In this document: positions 48,384 through 56,636 of the stretch, piece by piece
Numbering within the stretch: position 1 is the first letter of the stretch
Layout of the letters: each line of letters opens with the position of its first letter
Origin: an uncultured Spirochaetales bacterium
GTDB taxonomy: Bacteria; Spirochaetota; Spirochaetia; DSM-27196; CAZFLD01
DNA length: 64,000 bases
Assembly (NCBI GenBank): GCA_964519835.1
Contig: CAZFLD010000008.1
Span: forward strand, 27,039 to 91,038
Direction of reading: 5' to 3'
The notes under the pieces: generated by a model
The model's input: only the letters and a program-made list of their open reading frames with translations
Databases searched by the model: none
What the model was told of the DNA's origin: nothing
Translations under genes and position numbers: made by a program

Positions 48384-49826
48384 ATGGAAACCCGGGGCAT
48401 TTTCAAAAACATCTCGCCATTGGATTCCCGCTACGCGCACTCCAACCCTGAGCTGTTCGACAGACTCTCTTTGTTCCTAAGCGAAAACGCCTCGATCCGC
48501 GCGTGTATTGAGGTGGAGGTCGCGCTTTTCCTCGAGCATTTGTCCGCCTTTTATCCGAGCCTTTCGGAAGGAGAAAGGGACGCCCTGGTCGCCGCGATGA
48601 GGTCCGTCGGTCCGGACGACGTGTACACGGAAGAAGAGAAGACCCGTCACAATATTCGAGCGCTTGTGAACGTGCTACAACGGAATCTGCCGGAACAATA
48701 CCGACGGCTGGTGCACCTCGGGGCCACAAGCGCAGACATTCTCGACAGTTCCACGGCGCTTCGATATAAGCGCCTTGTGGGGTCGGTCATCTTGCCTCTC
48801 CTGGACCAGGTGCTCGAATCGCTTATTCGGCTATCGCGGGATCACGCGGAGCTGATTCAGGTGGGCAGAACCCACGGCCAGTTCGCGGTTCCCATCACCG
48901 TTGGCTTTGCATTGGCGGAATACGTGTCTCGCCTGGCCGCAGCCGTTGCGCAAATCGATCAACGGGCGCGCGAGCTCAAGGGCAAGCTTGCGGGGGCCGT
49001 CGGCGCCTACAACGCCCTCCGCCTCATCGACGACAATCCCAGAAAACTCGAGGCCCGAGTCCTGGCACGGCTGGGTATAGAAGCGGCCGACCACGCTACA
49101 CAGATCGTTCAGCCCGAGTTCCTCCTCCGGCTGCTTCTGGAGATAAACGTTGCCTTCGGCATTATCGCGAACCTTGCCGACGACCTACGTCACCTGCAGC
49201 GGAGCGAGATCGGGGAACTCCATGAGTACTTCAGCGCTGATCAAGTGGGTTCGTCTACAATGCCGCAAAAGCGAAACCCGTGGAATAGTGAGCACGTCAA
49301 GAGCCTATGGAAGGCTTTCTCCCCGCGGGTGGTGAGTTTTTACATGGATCAGATCTCCGAGCACCAAAGAGACTTGAGCAACTCGGCATCCTCGCGGTTT
49401 GTAGCTGAGTACGTAGCCGGCTTTACCGCCGCCGCCTCGCGTATGGCAAAAATTCTCGACGGCTTGACTGCGGACACGGCGTCGCTTACCAGGAACCTCG
49501 CCGCCGGAGGAGACGGGCCGTTGGCTGAGGCCGCCTACATTCTGCTCGCTCTCGACGGACACGGCGACGCCCACGAGAAGGTCCGGGTCATGACACTTCG
49601 CTGTCAAGAGGAAAACCGAACACTCTTATCGGTCATCAACGAATCTCCGGAGATTGCCCAATCAATTGGACGGTCCCTCGAGCGTGCGGGACTGGGACCT
49701 ACGAATGCGTTTTTCTCGAGCACGGACGCGTATCGGGGGATTGCAGCAGAGGTAGCAAACAAAGTCTGTGACACGGTAGAGGGACAGATCAACTCACGAC
49801 GGGAGGGGAGAAATGGAGAAGCCTAA
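48384..49826 (+). CDS. purB: Adenylosuccinate lyase
   Basis: N-terminal SPLDSRYA and the fumarate-lyase signature GSSTMPQKRNP. ATG 48384; the track TTG at 48369 is less likely. Confidence 0.92.
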   Translation: METRGIFKNISPLDSRYAHSNPELFDRLSLFLSENASIRACIEVEVALFLEHLSAFYPSLSEGERDALVAAMRSVGPDDVYTEEEKTRHNIRALVNVLQRNLPEQYRRLVHLGATSADILDSSTALRYKRLVGSVILPLLDQVLESLIRLSRDHAELIQVGRTHGQFAVPITVGFALAEYVSRLAAAVAQIDQRARELKGKLAGAVGAYNALRLIDDNPRKLEARVLARLGIEAADHATQIVQPEFLLRLLLEINVAFGIIANLADDLRHLQRSEIGELHEYFSADQVGSSTMPQKRNPWNSEHVKSLWKAFSPRVVSFYMDQISEHQRDLSNSASSRFVAEYVAGFTAAASRMAKILDGLTADTASLTRNLAAGGDGPLAEAAYILLALDGHGDAHEKVRVMTLRCQEENRTLLSVINESPEIAQSIGRSLERAGLGPTNAFFSSTDAYRGIAAEVANKVCDTVEGQINSRREGRNGEA

Positions 49827-51264
49827 CATCGAGCCGGTAGAGGCATTGAGTTACGACGACGTGTTTTTGTTGCCGGGGTACTCCGAGATACTGCCGAGTG
49901 AAACGGACGTCTCCGAGCGAGTCGTCGGAGACCTCCGGCTCAACGTGCCGGTTCTCTCTGCGGCAATGGATACGGTCACCGAACAAGACCTGGCTATTGC
50001 GCTGGCGCTCCAGGGTGGCGCAGGAGTGATCCACCGCAACATGCCGCCGGAGGAGCAAGCACGACAGGTGGGACAGGTCAAACGCTTTTTGAATTGGGTC
50101 ATCGAATCACCGCTCACGGTTCACGCGGATCAGACCATCGGCGAAGTGGCGGAGGCTACGCGGAAGTATCAAATCTCCGGCCTTCCCGTTATAGACGACG
50201 GCGGCACGCTGATTGGCATTATTACCAGCCGTGATATGCGGTTCTGCGACGACTACAGCCTAACCGTGCGGTCGGTCATGACGGAGGGCCCCATTGTTGT
50301 GTGCGGTAATCCGGACATCCCAAGCGCCCAACGCCTCTTTGATGAGCACAAGATCGAAAAGCTTCCCGTTGTCGACGCCGACGGTAAGCTCACCGGGCTT
50401 ATCACCGTCAAAGACATCGAAAAACACAATCAATTTCCCAATGCCGCCACCGATCCTCAAGGACGATTGATCGTCGGCGCCGCTGTTGGACCGACCGACC
50501 TCGACAAGCGCCTGCAGAGCTTGGTCGAAAGCCGCGTAGATTTTGTGGTGGTAGACACGGCTCACGGCGACAGTAAAAACGTCATGGACACGGTAGAGGC
50601 AATCAAAAAGCGCTACGTAGTGCCGGTCGTGGGTGGGAATGTGGCCACCGGAGACGGAGCCCGGAGGCTGATCGACGCCGGCGCCGACGCGGTGAAGGTC
50701 GGCGTGGGACCGGGATCGATTTGTACAACACGCGTGGTCGCGGGCATCGGCGTGCCCCAGTTCTCCGCCGTGCAGTGGGCCGCGACGGAAGCCGTAAAGC
50801 ATAACGTGCCGGTCATAGCCGACGGCGGAATCAAGTTCTCCGGCGACATAACAAAGGCGATAGCGGCCGGCGCCTCTGCCGTTATGGTCGGAAACCTGTT
50901 TGCAGGCCTCAAAGAATCACCGGGTCGGGAGATTATTTACGAGGGTCGGATTTTTAAGGCGTACCGGGGCATGGGATCTCTCGGTGCGATTCGTCGCGGC
51001 TCCGGCGATCGATACCAAATCGGAGAAGGTGAAGAACCGGTCCCCGAAGGTGTCGAGGGGCGTGTTCCGTACAAGGGCGAGCTCAAGCCGTTTTTGCACC
51101 AGTTGGTGACGGGCCTACGAAAAGGCATGGGATACACCGGCTGCCGAACGCTCGCGGAACTCAGGCAGTACGATCGCTTTGTTCGTGTTAGCCTGGCCGG
51201 GCTAAAGGAGAGCCACGTCCACGACGTGTCCATTACCCAAGAACCGCCGAACTACAGCCGATGA
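49813..51264 (+). CDS. guaB: IMP dehydrogenase
   Basis: A CBS pair inserted in a TIM barrel, the active-site loop GVGPGSICTTR, and GGIKFSGD. Confidence 0.96.
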   Translation: MEKPNIEPVEALSYDDVFLLPGYSEILPSETDVSERVVGDLRLNVPVLSAAMDTVTEQDLAIALALQGGAGVIHRNMPPEEQARQVGQVKRFLNWVIESPLTVHADQTIGEVAEATRKYQISGLPVIDDGGTLIGIITSRDMRFCDDYSLTVRSVMTEGPIVVCGNPDIPSAQRLFDEHKIEKLPVVDADGKLTGLITVKDIEKHNQFPNAATDPQGRLIVGAAVGPTDLDKRLQSLVESRVDFVVVDTAHGDSKNVMDTVEAIKKRYVVPVVGGNVATGDGARRLIDAGADAVKVGVGPGSICTTRVVAGIGVPQFSAVQWAATEAVKHNVPVIADGGIKFSGDITKAIAAGASAVMVGNLFAGLKESPGREIIYEGRIFKAYRGMGSLGAIRRGSGDRYQIGEGEEPVPEGVEGRVPYKGELKPFLHQLVTGLRKGMGYTGCRTLAELRQYDRFVRVSLAGLKESHVHDVSITQEPPNYSR

Positions 51265-52943
51265 GCGCGAAAAACGCAAAAAACACTACGTGCGGCGCCG
51301 GAGCCGGAGAAGTCAACGCGGCGGGAGGCGCCGGCTCGCCGGCCGGCGGTGCCCAACCGGGGACGGACACGATTCTCGTACTCGATTTCGGCGGGCAGAC
51401 GGCCCAGCTTATTGGTCGCCGCCTTCGCGACGTCGGCTATTACTCCGAAGTCGTGCCCGGTGACTCACACCCCGACGAGTGGTTCCGGCCGGCGATCAAG
51501 GGCCTTGTGCTATCCGGTTCGCCATTTTCGGTCAACGACGAGGATGCACCCGTTTTGTCACCTGCCGTTTCGGATCTCGGGGTTCCAATCCTGGGCATCT
51601 GTTACGGGCTCCAGCGTTTGACCGCCGATGCCGGCGGCGTTGTGGCCGGCGCCGAGTCACGCGAGTACGGGCGATCGCGTCTGACGATCGAGCGAGAGCA
51701 TCCGCTTTTTTCCGACATTCCCAACGAATTTGTGTCCTGGATGAGCCATGGCGACAGCATCGTCGAGGTCGGCACGGGCTTTTCGCAGGTTGCAGCATCG
51801 GAGCACGGACTTCCGGCCTGCCTGTCGACCCTCGACGACCTCGTCGAAACCCCCGCCGGATCCGCGCCACATCTCACGGGCATCCAGTTTCATCCGGAGG
51901 TTACCCACTGCGAATACGGTACCGACATTCTTGGAAATTTCGCAGGGAGAATGTGCGGCGCCGAGGCCGGATGGTCGATGGAAGCCTTTGTGGAGACCGC
52001 CGCCGAGAACGTTCGACGCCAAGTCGCCAACAAGCCGGTGCTGCTCTTGATTTCAGGTGGCGTGGACTCCACGGTGGCCGCGGCACTGCTCTTGCGCGCC
52101 TTGTCTCCGGAGCAGGTTTACCTGCTGTACGTGGACACCGGCCTTATGCGCAAGAACGAGAGTGAGGAGGTTGTCGCCACCCTTGAAGCCTTGGGCGCTA
52201 CGCACCTGCATGTTGCCCGGGCGGCACGCCGCTTTTTGACCGCCCTGGCCGGAGTTGCAGACCCCGAGGAGAAGCGGCGGATTATCGGCGATACCTTTAT
52301 CGAAGTACAGCAGGACGAAGTCGCACGCCTAAACATTGGCGACGCGTTTCTCGCCCAGGGGACACTCTACACCGACATGATCGAGTCCGGCCGTGGCGTG
52401 GGCAAAAAAGCCAAGGTCATAAAGTCTCATCACAACGTACGCTCGCCATTAGTGGCGGCAAAGCGTGAGGCCGGCCTTATCGTCGAGCCCTTAGCGCTTC
52501 TCTACAAAGACGAGGTCCGACGCCTCGGGCGTGTGTTGGGGGTCTCAGACGCGGTCGTGGGTCGGCATCCCTTTCCCGGTCCCGGTCTTGCCGTGCGCAT
52601 TCTCGGCGCCGTCACCGCCGAGCGCGTACGCATCCTCCAGGACGCCGACTTCCTCTTCGTCTCCGAGCTCAAGCGTCGCGGTCTGTACGACAAGATATGG
52701 CAGGCCTTTGCGGTCCTGTTGCCGATTCGTAGCGTCGGCGTCACCGGCGACGCCCGGAATTACGGAGACGTCTTGGCTCTTCGCGCCGTTAACAGCCACG
52801 ACGGCATGACGGCGGACGTGTACCCCTTTCCGACGGAGGACCTCCTAGAAATCTCATCGCTCATCACAAACCGCGTAACTGAGGTCGGCCGCGTAGTCTA
52901 CGACGTTTCGAGCAAGCCCCCGTCGACGATCGAGTGGGAGTAG
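51261..52943 (+). CDS. guaA: GMP synthase (glutamine-hydrolysing) with a ~35-aa Gly/Ala-rich N-terminal extension
   Basis: ATGA overlap with guaB. GATase region (ILVLDFGGQ, ICYGLQ), the ATP-PPase P-loop LLISGGVDSTV, and C-terminal STIEWE. Confidence 0.95.
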   Translation: MSAKNAKNTTCGAGAGEVNAAGGAGSPAGGAQPGTDTILVLDFGGQTAQLIGRRLRDVGYYSEVVPGDSHPDEWFRPAIKGLVLSGSPFSVNDEDAPVLSPAVSDLGVPILGICYGLQRLTADAGGVVAGAESREYGRSRLTIEREHPLFSDIPNEFVSWMSHGDSIVEVGTGFSQVAASEHGLPACLSTLDDLVETPAGSAPHLTGIQFHPEVTHCEYGTDILGNFAGRMCGAEAGWSMEAFVETAAENVRRQVANKPVLLLISGGVDSTVAAALLLRALSPEQVYLLYVDTGLMRKNESEEVVATLEALGATHLHVARAARRFLTALAGVADPEEKRRIIGDTFIEVQQDEVARLNIGDAFLAQGTLYTDMIESGRGVGKKAKVIKSHHNVRSPLVAAKREAGLIVEPLALLYKDEVRRLGRVLGVSDAVVGRHPFPGPGLAVRILGAVTAERVRILQDADFLFVSELKRRGLYDKIWQAFAVLLPIRSVGVTGDARNYGDVLALRAVNSHDGMTADVYPFPTEDLLEISSLITNRVTEVGRVVYDVSSKPPSTIEWE

Positions 52944-53009
52944 GGCAGGCGCTGCGCGCCGGCCAGGGACTCGTACACGGCCGACAGACCACTGCAGGAC
53001 GTCGCGGAC

Positions 53010-53045
53010 ACAAAAATACCCCCCTTCGCAATTGCGATAGAGGGG
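53010..53045 (-). terminator. Rho-independent terminator of ssrA
   Basis: On the minus strand, CCCCTCTATCGCAATTGCGAAGGGGGG forms a ~11-bp interrupted stem around the palindrome TCGCAATTGCGA. It is followed by TATTTTTG and starts 9 nt after the tmRNA 3' end. Confidence 0.6.
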
Positions 53046-53053
53046 CTTGACTC

Positions 53054-53401
53054 TGGAGGTGGCGGGAGTCGAACCCGCGTCCTAAGGTGCCGCTGCCGAA
53101 CGTCTACAGGCATAGTGTACAGCTTGTTTGTCGGCGAACCGCTGGCGTGGACACAGACCCACGGCCGCCCGAGACTACCTTTGGTTGTCCCACCTGCACG
53201 ATAGCCGATACCGGCGGTAAGCCCCGATCGTTGTCAAGCAACACGGCGCTCGGAACAGCGCACCGTGTGCCCGTGGTCACCGATTACGCGGCGGCCAGTT
53301 GATAATCTGCTTCGTTGGCAGTTAAAAGATGCCTTTTAGGAGTAGGCGCTCCACCTGCAATCCGACCACAAACAATCCCCAGTCGAGACCGTTGCACCCC
53401 C
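53054..53401 (-). ncRNA. ssrA: tmRNA (SsrA)
   Basis: The 5' GGGGGUG pairs with the 3' CACCUCC-A, giving an acceptor stem with a G3-U pair. A T-arm GGGUUCGACUCCCGCC is present. The internal tag ORF GCC AAC GAA GCA GAU UAU CAA CUG GCC GCC GCG UAA (53319-53284) encodes ANEADYQLAAA. The CCA end is not encoded. Confidence 0.93.
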
Positions 53402-53424
53402 AATGTTTCGATTTTGTGAAATAG

Positions 53425-53453
53425 AATATAGCGCGCAGCCGGGCGCCGGTCAA
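53425..53453 (-). promoter_or_regulatory. Candidate sigma70 promoter of ssrA
   Basis: On the minus strand: TTGACC (53453-53448), a 17-nt spacer, then TATATT (53430-53425), with the -10 ending 23 nt upstream of the mature 5' end. Confidence 0.55.
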
Positions 53454-53531
53454 TGTCCATATCCTTCGTTAGGACGGCGGAGGCCGCGACTGACCACTTG
53501 TAAGCGCCGGAGTGTATAGTAACCGAGCAGA

Positions 53532-53575
53532 CGGCCCGAACGGCCCGAACGTCCGAACGGCCCGAACGTCCTAAC
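53532..53575. repeat. Short degenerate tandem repeat (CGGCCCGAA / CGTCCGAA units, 5 copies)
   Basis: acggcccgaacggcccgaacgtccgaacggcccgaacgtcctaa, read directly. It lies between the IMPase-family stop and the ssrA promoter. Confidence 0.85.
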
Positions 53576-53597
53576 AGGACGAACAGTAGAGACGCTG

Positions 53598-54371
53598 CTA
53601 TGCCCCGGTCACAAACGCGTGGATCGCAGGGTTTCCGCCGACCGCCGACTCGCCGAGTCCGGCTGTTTCCCCTCCGAGGGTAGAAAAGACGCCCCCCGCT
53701 TCTTTGATCACGGGCTTTACCGCGGCAATATCCCACGGATGTACGATGGGATCTATCATCACCTCGGCACGACCACAGGCCACCATCGCGTAGCCGTAAG
53801 CATCCCCCCAGGTCCTGGTCGCGGCGCCCGAACCAACAATTCGATTGGCAAGTGCCGGTTGCCGACGGTTCAGATCGGCCCAATCGGTGGTAAGCACCAG
53901 TGCGTCTGAAGGGGCAGCAACCTCACTGACTCTTGTTTTGGCGCCGTTTTTGAAACACCCCACGCCCGACGCCGCCGCCACCACCAGATCCGCCGGTGGA
54001 ACGTGAATGACCCCGAGGACGGGCTCATTATCGTTGTCCCGGACCAAGCCGATTAGCACGGCGTACAACGGAACCCCGCGTACAAACGAGCGCGTGCCGT
54101 CGATTGGGTCGACAACCCACGTGTAGCCGCCGCTGCCCATCTGCGCTCCATGTTCTTCGCCTACGATGCCGAATTCAGGCGTTACCCCTGAGAGTCTGCG
54201 CCGGATGTGTGACTCTGTTCGGCGGTCGGCCTCGGTAACCTCGCTCCTGTCGGCCTTGTACTCGATGTCGTAGCGGCCTTCGAACCAGGAGAGTGTTATC
54301 TCGCCCGCCTCGGTTGCAATGCGCACCGCATCGGCCAACAGCAAGTCGAGATCGATATCAGAAACGCCCAC
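53598..54371 (-). CDS. Inositol monophosphatase family protein (SuhB/HisN-like)
   Basis: Motifs WVVDPIDGTRSF and HPWDIAA. GTG 54371 gives a 257-aa protein and overlaps smpB by 14 nt. The track start at 54458 lies inside smpB. Confidence 0.85.
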   Translation of the reverse strand: MGVSDIDLDLLLADAVRIATEAGEITLSWFEGRYDIEYKADRSEVTEADRRTESHIRRRLSGVTPEFGIVGEEHGAQMGSGGYTWVVDPIDGTRSFVRGVPLYAVLIGLVRDNDNEPVLGVIHVPPADLVVAAASGVGCFKNGAKTRVSEVAAPSDALVLTTDWADLNRRQPALANRIVGSGAATRTWGDAYGYAMVACGRAEVMIDPIVHPWDIAAVKPVIKEAGGVFSTLGGETAGLGESAVGGNPAIHAFVTGA

Positions 54372-54825
54372 GAATCTCTCGCTGGGCCTCTCTCGTGAGA
54401 TCCCGATCTTTGATTGCCGCCCGCTTGTCAAACTGTTTTTTGCCCTTGCAGATGCCAAGCTCGACTTTCACAAAACCGCGCTTTAGGTAGAACTTGAGAG
54501 GGACAAGAGTGAATCCCTTCTCGTCGACTTTGCGCTTGAGTCGCTTGATCTCCTCTTTATGTAGCAAGAGGCGACGCTCGCGGTCCGGGTCATGGTTTTC
54601 GATGGACGCGTGGTCGTAGGGCGTTATGTGAAGGCCGATGAGCCACACGCCGTCATCCTTAATACGAGCGTAGGAGTCCGAGAAGTTAAACGTGCCGTTT
54701 TTGATTGACTTGACCTCGGTTCCCACAAGACCAATGCCGCATTCAATCGATTCGTCGACATGATAGTCGAAGTAGGCCCGCCGGTTTGTGCCGACCACTT
54801 TTACCCTGTCTGTTTCTACCGCCAC
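54358..54825 (-). CDS. smpB: SsrA-binding protein SmpB
   Basis: NRRAYFDYHV, GTEVKSIK, and a basic C-terminal tail. It is linked to ssrA. Confidence 0.95.
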   Translation of the reverse strand: MAVETDRVKVVGTNRRAYFDYHVDESIECGIGLVGTEVKSIKNGTFNFSDSYARIKDDGVWLIGLHITPYDHASIENHDPDRERRLLLHKEEIKRLKRKVDEKGFTLVPLKFYLKRGFVKVELGICKGKKQFDKRAAIKDRDLTREAQREIRGRF

Positions 54826-54827
54826 CG

Positions 54828-56567
54828 TTACTCCCTCGCCAGCACCAAACGAAAGCCCAAATACGGCGTGGACCAGTGGGGAGGCTGGGCCCCTCGGGAA
54901 AAGGCAAAGTCGCCGGCGTCACCGCGATTGGCAAAGGAGCCGCCGCGGACTGCGACCATTGCGCCGGCCAAATACGACCCCTCGGACTGTAGGGCTGCAG
55001 GGCCCCTCCACAGCGAGCGCTTGGCCAAACCCAGCGTGGATCGGCTCGGCGAGTACCATTCGCCGGTCCACTCCCAGACGTTGCCCACTAAGTCTCTTAT
55101 CGTGCCTACACCCGCGGATACGGCTCGAGTGGAGCCGGCCCCGAGCAGCGCGTCCAGACCGGCCCCGGTTGAGGACCGCTCGAACTGAACCGCCGCCTCG
55201 AACTCCTCCTCCGTTGGCAGGCGAAACACATACCCCTCCGGTGTATCGACTACGGAGTTGAGCCAACCGGCAAATGCCTGCGCCGCGTAGTAGCTCACAT
55301 GGGTCACCGGCAAATCGGGGCTCGTTGCCGGCGCATAGCCGTCCAAGTAGTCCTCGTCGGCCAAACCGAGATCGATCAGTCTGTCGCGGGAAGCCTGGTT
55401 CCATTCAGGCTCCTCGGCCAAAAAGCGGTCGAACTGTGCTTGGGAAACCTCGCCCGCCATGATCCGAAACTCAGGCACGCGGGTCACGTAGGGAATCTCA
55501 GGTAGATCGTCGAAGGGGTCTGCGGGAGAGGAGGCGGAGCCCCCAAACACCACGGTCTCTCCGGGAACCGTCACAAAGTCGATATCAAGATATGTCGCTT
55601 GTGAGCCGCCGATTGTCACGCCGGCCGAACCTCCCTCGCTCGACGGATCCCCGCCTGCCGCTGCCGCCGTACCTGAAAGATCCCGGACTCTTGCAAGATC
55701 CTGGGCGTAGGCACCCAAAGAGCGGCGATACCAGTCGCTACTTTCAAGTATCCGCTGGGCGCCGAAGCCGACGTTTTCCGAGAGCCATGCGGCAAACAGC
55801 CTAGAATTTCCATTAAGATGTGCAATTTCCTGCACGATTGATGCGACCTGTGAGGGGCCAAAAGCGGCGCCACGAGACACAAGAAGGGCCGATCCCCGGA
55901 TCAGGTCCCGTGCAGTCCCGTCGCTCGTCGACTGCTCGGCGGCGAATGCAAGTGCATCGGCAACAACCGGCTCGCCGATCTCCGCCTGATCGCTTGCCAC
56001 CACGGCTCCCAACCAGGAAAACCGCTCGGACAGAGACGGCGGAAACTGAGAGTCCGCCGCCGGCGATCCGGAAAATGACCACCGGGAAAACTCCTCCGTG
56101 GCATCCCGAAAAACCGAGGCTACATCGGGAGCATCAAAAGCCACCCGTACTGTGGCGTTTTGTGGGAAAATCGTTGCCGCGACCACCTGGCTCGGGACAT
56201 CAAAGGAGGTCTCGACGCTCTGAAAGCGGGGCAACTCAAACCGAACCAGCCTGCTTCCGCCGTCCACAAAGGTCGTGATTGGTGTCGGACCGATGTAGGT
56301 GCCGTCGACGGTGACGGCGGCCCCGCTGGGTACACTTTGGAAGGTCACGTTGGACCCCGGACGCTGCAGCCCCGGCAGGAAAAAGACCAAAAAAACGATA
56401 AGAAGAATAAGAATCGCATAGGTTGCCGTGACGTAGACAGGTGGAGCGATGCCGAGAATCGGTTTGAGCCGAACCTTGATGTCCTCTTCATGCTCCGGTT
56501 CGTTTCCGGAGCCAAAACCGGTGGATCCCGCCGATTCAGAGGTCTTTGCCTGCTTTTTTGCGGCCAT
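54828..56567 (-). CDS. Membrane-anchored PEGA-domain plus FGE-sulfatase (SUMF1/EgtB-like) domain protein
   Basis: One TM helix, a PEGA domain (NVTFQSVPSGAAVTVDGTYIGPTPI) and a C-terminal FGE-sulfatase fold (GNVWEWTGEWY...VRGGSF...YLGFRLV). Confidence 0.75.
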   Translation of the reverse strand: MAAKKQAKTSESAGSTGFGSGNEPEHEEDIKVRLKPILGIAPPVYVTATYAILILLIVFLVFFLPGLQRPGSNVTFQSVPSGAAVTVDGTYIGPTPITTFVDGGSRLVRFELPRFQSVETSFDVPSQVVAATIFPQNATVRVAFDAPDVASVFRDATEEFSRWSFSGSPAADSQFPPSLSERFSWLGAVVASDQAEIGEPVVADALAFAAEQSTSDGTARDLIRGSALLVSRGAAFGPSQVASIVQEIAHLNGNSRLFAAWLSENVGFGAQRILESSDWYRRSLGAYAQDLARVRDLSGTAAAAGGDPSSEGGSAGVTIGGSQATYLDIDFVTVPGETVVFGGSASSPADPFDDLPEIPYVTRVPEFRIMAGEVSQAQFDRFLAEEPEWNQASRDRLIDLGLADEDYLDGYAPATSPDLPVTHVSYYAAQAFAGWLNSVVDTPEGYVFRLPTEEEFEAAVQFERSSTGAGLDALLGAGSTRAVSAGVGTIRDLVGNVWEWTGEWYSPSRSTLGLAKRSLWRGPAALQSEGSYLAGAMVAVRGGSFANRGDAGDFAFSRGAQPPHWSTPYLGFRLVLARE

Positions 56568-56636
56568 GGGGCTGGAGTATAGGGACGCCTCGCTTCGCTT
56601 GTCAACGCAAAGACTTCCGTGCTAACCTCCGCCGGA

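Noticed and set aside
52944-53053. The tmRNA 3' flank as a possible genomic-island integration site.
   Set aside because: There is no integrase, no duplicated tmRNA 3' end and no compositional break. The flank holds only the ssrA terminator and the convergent guaA stop.
53284-53883. A 199-aa minus-strand ORF spanning the ssrA region.
   Set aside because: It is a read-through of the tmRNA, its promoter and the 3' end of the IMPase-family gene. It ends in the tmRNA tag ANEADYQLAAA. The region is explained by the tmRNA structure (acceptor stem, T-arm, tag ORF).
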